Below, in pieces: positions 39,137 through 48,840 of a DNA stretch of 64,000 nt. The DNA lies in the NCBI GenBank assembly GCA_965248445.1, contig CBDFJG010000004.1, positions 992,001-1,056,000 of the forward strand. Reading direction: 5' to 3'. This DNA is from Planctomycetota bacterium. Lineage in GTDB: Bacteria > Planctomycetota > JAJSAM01 > JAJVHW01. The translations under genes were made by a program, and so were the position numbers. The stretch's first letter is position 1. The number at the start of each line of letters is the position of its first letter. Below the pieces are notes generated by a model, which searched no databases, was not told where the DNA came from, and was given only the letters and a program-made list of their open reading frames with translations.

Positions 39137-40100
39137 CGTCCTCGTCACCGGTATCGGCGGGAACGTCGCCCAGGGGGTGCTGAGGATCCTGCGGGACATC
39201 GATCTCGATCTCACCGTGATCGGGACGAACACGCGCGAGTTGTCGGCCGGCAACCACCTGTGCGACGCCGTTTACCGCGTGCCGCTGGCCGTCGACGCCG
39301 CGTATCCCGACGCACTTCGTCGCATCTGCGAAAAGCATGGCGTGGCGCTGATCGTGCCCTGCACGGACGACGAGAGCGTGCACGCGCACCGCGCGGTGGG
39401 AGCCGACTTCAAGGTGGCGGGCACCGCTCCGGACACCAGCGCTGTCTTCTTCGACAAGCTCGAGACCGTCCGCGTGCTGTCGGCTGCGGGTGTGCCGTTC
39501 GCTCCGGGCTGTCTGCCGTCGGAGTACGACGGGCGCTTCGAGCAGGTGATCGTGAAGCCGCGAACCGGCCGCGGCTCGCGCGGCATCGTGCGCAATCCGC
39601 CCGACCCGCGCGCGTTCGACGACCGTCACCTCGTGCAGCGTCTGGTCTCGGGCACGGAAATCACGTCGGGCATCTACGTGCGCGCGAATGGAGAATTGCA
39701 CGGTGTGATCACGTTCGAGCGCGAACTGGACGCCACGGGCACGACGGTGCGGTGCCACGTTGCGCATCAACATGACGACGCGGTGCTCGGCGTGGTGCGC
39801 TCTCTCGTCGATGCCTTCCCGATCCGCGGCTGCTGCAACGTGCAGTCGATCGCGTCACCCGATGGATCGATCTGGCCGTTCGAGGTGAACTGCCGCGTTT
39901 CGGGAACGGCGTCGATCCGTCACTCGCTCGGGTTCCGCGATGTGGAGTGGCTGGTGCGCGAACTGCTGCTCGGAGAGGACCCGCCACGTGCACCGACGAA
40001 CGTCGAGGGCACGGCTCTACGGATGCTCCTCGACGTGGTCTACCCCGGGATACGGCCGGAGGATGTCGGCGGACGCGAGACCCCGCACGACATGTTCTGA
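39126..40100 (+). CDS. ATP-grasp ligase (carbamoyl-phosphate-synthase-like, sugar-locus type)
   Basis: VLVTGIGG, DKLET, VKPRTGRGSRG, FEVNCR. Confidence 0.85.
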   Translation: MPHSVLVTGIGGNVAQGVLRILRDIDLDLTVIGTNTRELSAGNHLCDAVYRVPLAVDAAYPDALRRICEKHGVALIVPCTDDESVHAHRAVGADFKVAGTAPDTSAVFFDKLETVRVLSAAGVPFAPGCLPSEYDGRFEQVIVKPRTGRGSRGIVRNPPDPRAFDDRHLVQRLVSGTEITSGIYVRANGELHGVITFERELDATGTTVRCHVAHQHDDAVLGVVRSLVDAFPIRGCCNVQSIASPDGSIWPFEVNCRVSGTASIRHSLGFRDVEWLVRELLLGEDPPRAPTNVEGTALRMLLDVVYPGIRPEDVGGRETPHDMF

Positions 40101-40744
40101 TGCGCATCCGTTACGCCTTCCTGGATGTCGCCGGCACGCTGCTTCACAAGCCCGGCGTGGCCGTCGCGTTCCAGGCCGCGCTCGCCGCGCGCGGTGTGGA
40201 GGTCGAGGTCGCCACGATCGAGCGAGCGCACAAGCTCACTTCGGAGGAACGCGATTTTCCGGCCAAGACGACGCTGGAGTTCTATCGCGGTTTCAATGCC
40301 GCGGTGCTGCGCGCCCTCGGGACAGATGCGGATGACGCACTGACCGAAGACGTCGCTGCACGCTGCGCCGGGATCGCATGGGAGCCGTTCGAGGACGTCG
40401 GCTCGCTGGCGGACCTCGGGGTTCCGCTGGGCATCGTCTCCAACTGGGATCGCCGTCTGACGGACCGGCTCGCGGAGTTTGTCGCGCTCCCGCTGGATCG
40501 GGTTCTCGGGTCTGCCGACGAGGGCGTGGCCAAGCCGGACGTGCGTCTCTACGAGCGCGCTGCCGCCGGACTCGAATTGGCGCCGGACGAGATTCTGTAC
40601 GTGGGCGACTCGATCCGTCTCGATATCGAGCCGGCGGCGTCACTCGGCTGGCGCGCGGTGCTCATCGACAGGCTGGGACTCTACGACGCGCACGAAGGGC
40701 CCCGCGTGACCACGCTGCGCGATCTGCCGGCCCTCATGGGCTGA
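40100..40744 (+). CDS. HAD-superfamily hydrolase
   Basis: FLDVAGTL, VSNWD, AKPD, YVGDS...D; TGATG overlap with the previous gene. Confidence 0.88.
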   Translation: MRIRYAFLDVAGTLLHKPGVAVAFQAALAARGVEVEVATIERAHKLTSEERDFPAKTTLEFYRGFNAAVLRALGTDADDALTEDVAARCAGIAWEPFEDVGSLADLGVPLGIVSNWDRRLTDRLAEFVALPLDRVLGSADEGVAKPDVRLYERAAAGLELAPDEILYVGDSIRLDIEPAASLGWRAVLIDRLGLYDAHEGPRVTTLRDLPALMG

Positions 40745-40746
40745 GG

Positions 40747-41910
40747 TCAGAACGCGTCGAACGACAGCGTCGCGTCCACGACGCGCTGCATCTGAATGTC
40801 GGTCATGCCGCCGAAGAGCGGGAGGCGGACGAGGCGGTCGGCCACGTCTTCGGTGACCGGGCACTGGCCCGTGCGTCCGCCGAACCGCTGTCCCATCGGA
40901 GACTCGTGCAGCGGCTGATAGTGGAACACCGCGTGTACCGCCTGCTCGCGCAGGTGCGTGATGAAGCGTGTACGGACGGCGAGCGAGGGCAGCAGCACAT
41001 AGAACAGGTGGAACGGCTGCTCGCAACCCTCCGGAATGCTCGGCAGCGTGACGTCGTGTGCCGCGGCCCAGTCGGGCAGGTCCCGCGCGTACTTCTCCCA
41101 AGTGGCGCGGCGGGTGCTCTGGACGCGCTCGCGTGAGAGCAGCTGCCCGTACAGATAGGCGGCAAGCATGTCCGACGGCAGGAAGCTCGATCCGAAGTCC
41201 TGCCACGTGTACTTGTCGACCTGCCCTCGGAAGAACCGGGCACGGTCCGTGCCCTTCTCTCGCAGGACCTCCGCACGCTCCACGTGAGCCGGGTCGTTCA
41301 GGATCAGTGCGCCGCCCTCGCCGCAACTGAAGTTCTTCGTCTCGTGGAAGCTCTGGGTCGCGAGCGTACCGATCGACCCGAGCGGCCGGCCGCGATAGCT
41401 CCCGTAGAGGCCGTGTGCGTTGTCCTCGACGACCGCGACACTATGCTTGTCTGCGACCTTGTTGATCGCATCCATGTCGCAGGCGATCCCGGCGTAGTGC
41501 ACGACGACGATCGCTCGTGTCCGCGGCGTGATGAGGTCCTCGATCAGCCGTTCGTCGATGTTGAGCGTGTCCGGCCGGACGTCGGCGAACACTGGCGTTG
41601 CACCCCGCGTCGCATACGCGTTGGCTGTGGACACGAACGTGAACGACGGCAGGATCACCTCGTCGCCCGTGCCGATGTCCAGCAGGAGCGCGGTCATCTC
41701 CAGGGCATCGGTGCATGACGTCGTCAGGAGGGCCGCGCGGGAGCCCGTGGCCTCGCGCAGGATCTCCTCGCAGAGTCTCGTGTATTTGCCGTTGCCCGCC
41801 GTGTGCATGGAGCGGACCGAGTCCTCTACGAACTCCATCTCGCGGCCGGTGATCCAGGGCCGGTTGAACGTGATCAATTCAGGCGTCAAGTGGTCCGTCT
41901 CGCCAGTCAT
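40747..41910 (-). CDS. wecE: dTDP-4-amino-4,6-dideoxygalactose transaminase (DegT/DnrJ family)
   Basis: LTTSCTDALEM, PSFTFVSTANA, EDNAH, SFHETKNFSCGEGG, EKGTDR...GQVDKYTW. Confidence 0.88.
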   Translation of the reverse strand: MTGETDHLTPELITFNRPWITGREMEFVEDSVRSMHTAGNGKYTRLCEEILREATGSRAALLTTSCTDALEMTALLLDIGTGDEVILPSFTFVSTANAYATRGATPVFADVRPDTLNIDERLIEDLITPRTRAIVVVHYAGIACDMDAINKVADKHSVAVVEDNAHGLYGSYRGRPLGSIGTLATQSFHETKNFSCGEGGALILNDPAHVERAEVLREKGTDRARFFRGQVDKYTWQDFGSSFLPSDMLAAYLYGQLLSRERVQSTRRATWEKYARDLPDWAAAHDVTLPSIPEGCEQPFHLFYVLLPSLAVRTRFITHLREQAVHAVFHYQPLHESPMGQRFGGRTGQCPVTEDVADRLVRLPLFGGMTDIQMQRVVDATLSFDAF

Positions 41911-42060
41911 CCATCTTCTCAGTGGTCCGTCTTCTCGGGCCGTCCCCGACCGGGGGGCCGCAGAGTCTATCCGCCTCTCGAACGGGATGAGCGGGCTTTG
42001 GGACAGCCCGCAGACGCAGAGGATGCGGAGACCCGCAGCGGGCGGTAGCGTCCCGGCGGC

Positions 42061-43395
42061 GTGGGGACGACGAACCGAACCGACGGGGCTGCTGGGTGGA
42101 GATTCCGCCACGTGCTGCTCGCCCTGTTCGTCGCCGCAGTGCTCGCGCGCATCGCGATCGCGGCGGAATGGAACATCCTCACGAATCGGCGCGGTGAGCA
42201 GATCCTCCGGGGGTACGCGTTCTACGTCGAGATGGCACAGGGCATCCTGGCCGGTGAGGGCTTTCACTGGGACATGTACATGGGTCTCGGAGACCGGCTC
42301 GCCAGCCGGCCGCCGCTGTTCATGTACCTGCATGCCGGTCTGATCGCTCTGTTCGGGACGTCTCCCTGGCCGGTCGTCGTCGTCCAGTCGCTCCTCGGCG
42401 GCGCGCGTGCGGTCTTCGTCGGGCTGGCGGGACGCGAGATCGCGGGGCACCGCGTCGGGTTGATCGCGGCAGCATTGGCGGCGTTCTACCCGTACTGGCT
42501 CGGCAATGACGCGACGCTGCTCGAGAACACGCTGTTCGGCGCCCTCGTGGCGGGGGGTGTTTGGCTCGCCGTCCGCGTGCGGCTGCAGCGTGGCGGCGTG
42601 AAGACGATCGTCGTGTGCGGCCTGCTGTTCGGTCTGGCGACGCTGACCCGCGAGATGGTGGGCCTGCTGCTCCCCTTCGTGGCGTTCATGCTCTTGTTCG
42701 CGCCGCGCGAGCGTTCGTTCCAGTCGCGCTTCGTGCTGGTGACGATCCTCACCGCGACCGTGATCGTCACCACGTCGCCGTGGCTGGTTCGCAACCATCG
42801 CGAGGTCGGGAAGGTGGCGCTCTCGACGTCGACGGGACGGGCACTCTGGCTCGGCAACAACGAGCACACGTTCGCCGTGTATCCGGCTACCAGCATCGAC
42901 CAGTCCGAACTCGTCGCGTGGGACGCGATGCCCATCGAGCAGAAGCAGCGTCTGTGGGATGCGAAGCACGACGAGGTCGAGCAGGACCGGATCTTCGGTG
43001 AGATGGCAGGGAAGTGGATCCGCGCCAACCGAGGCGAAGCGCTCGGACGCGGCTTTCGCAAGGTCGGGGCGCTGTTCTCACCGTTCATCAGCGGCGCCTA
43101 TCAACGCACGAGCCTGCTGAGAGAGATTGGCTACACCGGAGGCTACGGCAGCCTCCTGGTGCTGGGACTCCTGGGCTTCGTCTTGGGGTGGCGTCGGCTC
43201 GGCCCGTGGCGACTGCTGACCCTGGGCGCCTTCGGTTCGATCGCGGCCATGGCATTCGTGTTCTGGGGCCAGGCCAGGCTGCGCGCGATCTACGACTTCT
43301 TCCTGATCGTGCCCGCCGCCCTCTGCGTCGATCTGCTGGTGCTTCGCTTCCGGACCCGCCCGCCTGGTCCGCCGGACCCCGCGGCTGTACCCTGA
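42061..43395 (+). CDS. GT-C (ArnT/PMT_2-like) membrane glycosyltransferase
   Basis: Many TM helices; RPPL, LLENTL, LATLTR, PWLVRN, LWLGNN. Confidence 0.8.
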   Translation: MGTTNRTDGAAGWRFRHVLLALFVAAVLARIAIAAEWNILTNRRGEQILRGYAFYVEMAQGILAGEGFHWDMYMGLGDRLASRPPLFMYLHAGLIALFGTSPWPVVVVQSLLGGARAVFVGLAGREIAGHRVGLIAAALAAFYPYWLGNDATLLENTLFGALVAGGVWLAVRVRLQRGGVKTIVVCGLLFGLATLTREMVGLLLPFVAFMLLFAPRERSFQSRFVLVTILTATVIVTTSPWLVRNHREVGKVALSTSTGRALWLGNNEHTFAVYPATSIDQSELVAWDAMPIEQKQRLWDAKHDEVEQDRIFGEMAGKWIRANRGEALGRGFRKVGALFSPFISGAYQRTSLLREIGYTGGYGSLLVLGLLGFVLGWRRLGPWRLLTLGAFGSIAAMAFVFWGQARLRAIYDFFLIVPAALCVDLLVLRFRTRPPGPPDPAAVP

Positions 43396-43417
43396 CGTCC
43401 TCGAACGGAGGCCCGTC

Positions 43418-44485
43418 ATGCGTCAGTTCTCCCTGTTCCTGCTCGGCTTTGCGCTGGTGGCCCCTGGGGCGTCGTTCGCGGGCGCGGACGCGCCGAAGCT
43501 CGCCGCCCAAGAAGTCGTGCTTACGCATCGCACGTTCCGCCGCTTCAAGCTGAAGTTGCCGAACGAACAGTGGCGCCGCGTCGGCGACGGCATCCCGGTC
43601 GCGCACGCGGGCGGCGAGCGCTTCGCCGTCAAGGCGGAGGGCAACGCGCTGCTCGTCGACACCGACGGTGACGGGACGACCGACACGCGCGTCGCGAAGC
43701 GCTCAGAGGGACAGGTCGCGCCGCTTGTAGTGAAGCTTCGCGGCAAGCGCGAGGGCGGCGCCGAGTTCGTATACGCCGTGCGGTTGCAACAGGGGGGCAG
43801 CGGCTGGGAGTACGCGCCCGGCGGTGCCGTCCGCGGCAAGCTCGGTGAGACGCTCGTCCAAGTGATCGACCGCAACGGCAACGGCCGCTACGACGACGTG
43901 GGCGAGGACGCGGTGGTCGTCGGACGGGGTCGACACGCCGCCTACCTGTCCGAGTCTTTGCTGGTCAACGGCGAGCTTCACGCGCTCGACGTCGCGGCCG
44001 ATGGCACGCGCCTCGGGCTGCGGCCGTACGAGGGGCCGACCGGCACGCTCGACATGACGTCCGAGTTCGCGTCGGAGGCCAAGCTCCAGACGGCGCTGCT
44101 TCGGAACGCCGACGGGACACACACGTTCGATGCGGCGCAGATGGACGGTCCGACGCGCGTTCCGGTCGGCGAGTACACCCTGGGAGCCGGAATGCTGGCG
44201 CTGGGCGACGGCTCTCTGCGCGTACGCGGCGACTCCGAGCGCGTGATCGCCGTCGAGAAGGATCGTCCGGCGGTGCACGTGTGGGGCGGCCCGGTTCGCG
44301 CCGAGTTCAGCTTCAACGTCGTCGGCGACGAGTTGCAGTTCGACCCGCGCGACGTCTGGTACACGGGCCGCGGCGGTGAGGAGTACCTCGACATGCTACC
44401 GCTCGGTGCGTCTCCCGAGTTCGTGGTCAAGTCGCGTGAGACCGCCGAGGAAATCCTCCGGGTCGCGTTCCCGGGGAGCACGTGA
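43418..44485 (+). CDS. Exported beta-rich hypothetical protein with DxDxDG-type loops
   Basis: ATG after GGAGG; signal peptide; DTDGDG and DRNGNG candidate calcium-binding loops. Confidence 0.7.
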   Translation: MRQFSLFLLGFALVAPGASFAGADAPKLAAQEVVLTHRTFRRFKLKLPNEQWRRVGDGIPVAHAGGERFAVKAEGNALLVDTDGDGTTDTRVAKRSEGQVAPLVVKLRGKREGGAEFVYAVRLQQGGSGWEYAPGGAVRGKLGETLVQVIDRNGNGRYDDVGEDAVVVGRGRHAAYLSESLLVNGELHALDVAADGTRLGLRPYEGPTGTLDMTSEFASEAKLQTALLRNADGTHTFDAAQMDGPTRVPVGEYTLGAGMLALGDGSLRVRGDSERVIAVEKDRPAVHVWGGPVRAEFSFNVVGDELQFDPRDVWYTGRGGEEYLDMLPLGASPEFVVKSRETAEEILRVAFPGST

Positions 44486-44727
44486 GGGAGCGGCTTCGTA
44501 CCGGTCGCCGTGCGCGTGCCGACATCCGATCCCATCGACGTCAGTCTGGTCCTGGACAACTGGGCCCTCGGCAAGGTCGAGGGACGTCCCGTCGACGAGA
44601 CGCAGGACGCCCAGTAGCCACGTCCGCGACGAGCCTCTTCGATGAGGCGTTGGGCGTCCTCGTTGCAGGTGTCCCGAGTTCTACTGGTCCGGGTTCCCCG
44701 ACTCTTGCACTGCGCTACCATGCGCGT

Positions 44728-46338
44728 GTGAAGCTCCCGTGGCTGCTCGGCTCGCTCCTCGTCCTGATGAGCACCTCGACGTTCGCCCAGGACGCCGCCG
44801 GGGACCCTGGCCAGCAGTGGCGCGAGCTGCAGCCCGAGTACGACCGCGCGTTCACGATGGTTCCGATCAGGCGGCTGTTCGGCAACCCCGACAAGGAGTT
44901 GAAGTTGAGCCGCCGGGCGCCCTACACGGCGGCAGCCAAGGCAGAGCTCGCGGCGCGGCGCACGAAGGATCGCCTGTCTCGATCGCAGGCGCTCGCGGAG
45001 CGGAATCTGCGCGATGACATCGTCAAGCGCGTCGCCGCGCTAGGCGACGACCGCGCGGCGAAGCTGCTCATGCGGACGTGGCAGGACCAACTCGAGAACA
45101 TCGAGCTCGCGCAGCGCAACTTCGACCGCTTCGTCGACGCGAACAGCGTCAACATCAACCCCGGCGTCGATCCCGGCGGCGTCTACTGGCAGCGCTGGAT
45201 GGGCAAGCACGAGCTGCCCGCCGCGCGCGGAGTGCTGACCGCGGAGCAGCGTGTGAAGGACCTCGCGCTGGCGGGGTGCGTCAAGCTGATGACGCCGGAC
45301 GTGAAGGACTGGCTCGCGAAGCACGCCGAGTCGCACGAGCAGATCTGGGTCCGCGAGGAGATGGTCGCGGCGCTCGCCAAGAGCAGCGACGTCGGGAACG
45401 TCACGTCACTCGGCCGCATCCTGGACGCGGAGCCGGAGGTGTGGGCGCGTGTGATGATCGTCCTGGCACTCGGCGAGGCGAAGGCGCCAGGAAGCGACGT
45501 CTTCGTTTTGCGCGCGCTAGCCGACGAAGCGTGGCCCGTGCGCTCGGCGGCGATCTCGTCCGTGCGCATGCTGGGGCTACGGGACACCGGCGCGATCGAT
45601 GCGCTCGTGGCGCGGCTCGAGGCCGACGACGGCAAGCTGCGGCTCGAGGCGCGCAACGCACTGGCCGTTGCGACCGGCAAGGGCTTCGGACTCGAGCCCG
45701 AGGAGTGGAGGGACTGGTGGGAGAACGCGCGTCCCGAGTGGAAGGAGCGGGCTGCGCCGACGAAGATCGAGGAGTACACAGAGGGGCTCCCGCGCTTCTG
45801 CGGCAGCGCCACGGCGTCGAAGCGCGTCGTTTTCCTCGTGAGCCGAGGCGCGCACATGGCGGAGCCGACCAAGCGGCGCTCGAACGGCAACGCCGGGCAG
45901 ACTTCGTCGGCGCCCACCGTGGACACGACCCTGCGCATCGCTGCGTGGGAACTCGAGCAGACACTCCAGCGCCTGCCGGAGGATGCGCTCTTCACGGTGA
46001 TCCTGTACGGCGCGGAGCCGAAGCTCTGGTCGAAGAAGCTCAAGGCACCGACGAGGGACTCACGCGCGAAGGCGGTGCGCTTCGTGCGCAAGGCCGCGCC
46101 CGAGGGCCGGAGCGTGCTGGCGACTGCGATGGACGCGACCCTGCGCATCGGTGTCGCAAAAAGGGTAGACGACCTCGCGCTCGCCGGCGTCGGCGACGTC
46201 GACACGATCTTCGTCGTGGGCGGCACGCTCAACGCCGTCGGCTCACTCGGCGGACCGCTCTCCGGCAAGGCAGTCGTACCGCGCGTGCGGCGGCTGCGAC
46301 GCGTGGACATCCGGGTCGTGCGTCCCGGGGTGAAGTAG
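44728..46338 (+). CDS. Exported HEAT-repeat protein with a degenerate VWA domain
   Basis: Signal peptide from GTG 44728; HEAT repeats (ALADEAWPVRSAAI); WRDWW linker; VWA-like SKRVVFLVS, FTVILY, DTIFVV. Confidence 0.75.
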   Translation: MKLPWLLGSLLVLMSTSTFAQDAAGDPGQQWRELQPEYDRAFTMVPIRRLFGNPDKELKLSRRAPYTAAAKAELAARRTKDRLSRSQALAERNLRDDIVKRVAALGDDRAAKLLMRTWQDQLENIELAQRNFDRFVDANSVNINPGVDPGGVYWQRWMGKHELPAARGVLTAEQRVKDLALAGCVKLMTPDVKDWLAKHAESHEQIWVREEMVAALAKSSDVGNVTSLGRILDAEPEVWARVMIVLALGEAKAPGSDVFVLRALADEAWPVRSAAISSVRMLGLRDTGAIDALVARLEADDGKLRLEARNALAVATGKGFGLEPEEWRDWWENARPEWKERAAPTKIEEYTEGLPRFCGSATASKRVVFLVSRGAHMAEPTKRRSNGNAGQTSSAPTVDTTLRIAAWELEQTLQRLPEDALFTVILYGAEPKLWSKKLKAPTRDSRAKAVRFVRKAAPEGRSVLATAMDATLRIGVAKRVDDLALAGVGDVDTIFVVGGTLNAVGSLGGPLSGKAVVPRVRRLRRVDIRVVRPGVK

Positions 46339-46509
46339 CGCGCCGGGCGACTCCCGGAAGGCGATGGAGCCTGGGCGGCCGGTAGCTTGCGGCGGCGCCT
46401 GAGCCCGGCAGCGCCGAGCGATCGCAATAGCAACGCTGTCGCTCGTGCGCGCACGCGTGCGTGAGGGGGCTGGACACCGGGCGCTCCGCTCCGCTAAGAC
46501 GGACGGTTG

Positions 46510-48840
46510 ATGCGCACTTCCGCTGCGATCGCCCTCGTTCTGCTCGCGTCGCTCGCGGGGGGGCACGGGGTCGTGAAAGCCCAAGATGCCGAGGCTCCGG
46601 CGGAGTCCGGCCGCTACGGGCGCATCCCGGTGCAGGTCGTCGGAGGGCGGCTGGTCGCGTCGTGCGACCTGTCGACCGAGCGCCGCCGCATCCCCGCGAA
46701 CCTGTTCATCGACCTCGAGGGACCGAGCGGATTGCAGCTGCACAACCGGGCGGTTGGCCGCGGCGCCTTGGAGGCCGAGCTGGGTGGCAACCGGCTCCCC
46801 ATCACCGTGCACTTCCCCGGACTGAACATCACGGTTCCCGGTCGCGAACACGGTGATCAGGAGGCGTGGGAGGACTTCACGAAGTACTACTCCGACGAGA
46901 TCGGTGAGAACGCGGTCGTCGGCGCGATCGCAGGCCGGTTGCTCTCGAAGTACCACCTCGTGCTCGACGTCGGGAACGGCTACCTCGAACTCGCCGAACA
47001 GAAGTCGCCGGGCGCCGCGCTCGAACTCGCGGAGCGCGGCGTGGAGCCGGTTGCGATCGCGGTGAAGAACGACGTGGCTTGGCTTCCTGTGCGCCTGCCC
47101 GACGGTCGCCTCGCGTCGATGGGCCTCGGCACCGCGCGTTTCGACACCCGTATCGATGCGCGGCTTTGTGATGGCCTGGGCCACGCGGCCGGCGACGTCG
47201 GTGCCGTGACCGTCGGCTCGATCGATCTGGCGAGCTACGTCGCGCTGCGACCCGATGACGTGCTCTACGACGGTCCGGACGGCACGGCCGGATTCGTCGG
47301 GCTGAACCTGCTGAAGCACCTGCGCGTGGAGATCGATCTCGTCAATCGGCGGGCGACGGTGCAGGAATCCGTGGCGCCCGACTACCCGCACGCGGACCTC
47401 GCGTTCTTCAAGGCGCTCGTGCAGGACGAGTCGGCCCCGCTGCTCACTTACCTCGACGCGCATCCGGAGTCGCGATGCGCTCAGGAGGCGTCCGTCAGAC
47501 TCCTCGACCTCTGCATCGAGGAAGACGCGCCGGAGGAGGCCGTCCGGGCCGCCGTCGGGTGGGTCCAGAGGACACAACGGGAGAACCTGCGTGCCACCGC
47601 CGCCCTCGATCTCTGCGAGGAACTCGCTTCCGCAGGCAACGTCGCGGAGGCGGTCCTCGTCGCAGAGGCCGGCATCCCCGACGGCCGCAAGGACCGCTAC
47701 CCGGAGTCGGTGCACAAGCTGCACGCGAGGATCGGCGCGTTGCTGCTCGACGCGGGCGAGGGCAAGCGTGCTTGGAAGCACCTGCTGTCCGCGGCGTTCG
47801 GCGAACCCGAAGACGGTCTCGTCAACTTGCACCTCGGCCGGTACTACGAGGAGGCTGGACGCCTGAAGCGCGCGTTCTCACGCTACGTGCAGGCGTCCAT
47901 CAAGCCGGAGAGCGGCGCGCGCGCGCTCGAGGGGCTGGCCCGCGTGCAAGACCAGCTCGGCGGCGCGACTCTCGACGTGGACGAGATCGAGCGGCTGATC
48001 GAGGGGAAGGTCCAGAACTACACAGCGGCCACGAAGTTCGAGCAGACCGACGAGAACAGCACGAATCGGATCAGTCTCGTCGAGTTCTTCACGTCGCCGC
48101 ACATCCTGCCCGTGCAGGGCGGGCTCGGCGGCGCGCTCGGCAACGAGGGCGTGATCACGCACTTCGGTCGAGAGCACGTTGCAGCGCTCGCGTATCACCT
48201 GCCGTCGCCGCAGCTGTCGCCGCTGTCGAACGCGCTCGGCTCCGCGCAGGCGCGTTTCTACGGTCTCGGCGGCCCGGCGCACGTCGTCGACGGCCAGCCG
48301 AAGGCCGCGGGCCTCGCGCGGTCCGACGAGGGCGAGAAGCTGTACCGCGAGGTGCGGCAGTCCGTCCGCGAGGCGATGCTCACGTTCTCGGACTTCGACC
48401 TCTCGATCGAAGGCGAGGTCGCCGACGGCCACGTGCGCGGAACGGTCACGGTGGACGGGCCCGAGGCACCGGGCGTCCAACTGCTCGTGATCCTCGTCGA
48501 GCGCGGTGTCCTGTACCCCGGGAAGAGCACGGTGGTGGTCCACCGTCTGGTCGCTCGCGGTCCGCTCACGCCCTCGCTAGAAGGCGAGCCCTACGAACCC
48601 GTGGACGGCAAGATGAAGTACGAGTTCGACCGGCCTCTGGCAGAGATCGACCAGGCGAACGAGGCGTACCTCGACTCGCTCCAGCGCAGCGGCGCCGGAT
48701 CCGTCGAGCGGGTCTCGATGCAGATCGACCCGAAGCAGGTCTCGATCGTCGCGTACCTCCGCGCAACCGAGTCGAAGAAGGTCCTTCAGGCGGTGCAGTT
48801 GAACCCGCGCGGCGCAGAGCCCGACGAGGCCGACGAGTGA
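46510..48840 (+). CDS. Exported multidomain protein: retropepsin-like pair, TPR, thioredoxin/Omp28-like domain
   Basis: Signal peptide; NLFIDLEG...VGAIAG.LLSKY.LVLD and GFVGLNLLKHLRVEIDL; TPR; SLVEFFTS...ALAYHLP...LVILVE...VHRLVAR. Confidence 0.6.
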   Translation: MRTSAAIALVLLASLAGGHGVVKAQDAEAPAESGRYGRIPVQVVGGRLVASCDLSTERRRIPANLFIDLEGPSGLQLHNRAVGRGALEAELGGNRLPITVHFPGLNITVPGREHGDQEAWEDFTKYYSDEIGENAVVGAIAGRLLSKYHLVLDVGNGYLELAEQKSPGAALELAERGVEPVAIAVKNDVAWLPVRLPDGRLASMGLGTARFDTRIDARLCDGLGHAAGDVGAVTVGSIDLASYVALRPDDVLYDGPDGTAGFVGLNLLKHLRVEIDLVNRRATVQESVAPDYPHADLAFFKALVQDESAPLLTYLDAHPESRCAQEASVRLLDLCIEEDAPEEAVRAAVGWVQRTQRENLRATAALDLCEELASAGNVAEAVLVAEAGIPDGRKDRYPESVHKLHARIGALLLDAGEGKRAWKHLLSAAFGEPEDGLVNLHLGRYYEEAGRLKRAFSRYVQASIKPESGARALEGLARVQDQLGGATLDVDEIERLIEGKVQNYTAATKFEQTDENSTNRISLVEFFTSPHILPVQGGLGGALGNEGVITHFGREHVAALAYHLPSPQLSPLSNALGSAQARFYGLGGPAHVVDGQPKAAGLARSDEGEKLYREVRQSVREAMLTFSDFDLSIEGEVADGHVRGTVTVDGPEAPGVQLLVILVERGVLYPGKSTVVVHRLVARGPLTPSLEGEPYEPVDGKMKYEFDRPLAEIDQANEAYLDSLQRSGAGSVERVSMQIDPKQVSIVAYLRATESKKVLQAVQLNPRGAEPDEADE

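Noticed and set aside
41911..42969. N-terminal extension on the aminotransferase suggesting a fusion
   Set aside because: Antisense to the GT-C gene; homology-like sequence begins near 41910.
47475..48836. 5' part of the 948-aa ORF
   Set aside because: Arg-rich off-frame overlap with 46510-48840; the plausible start is GTG 48837.
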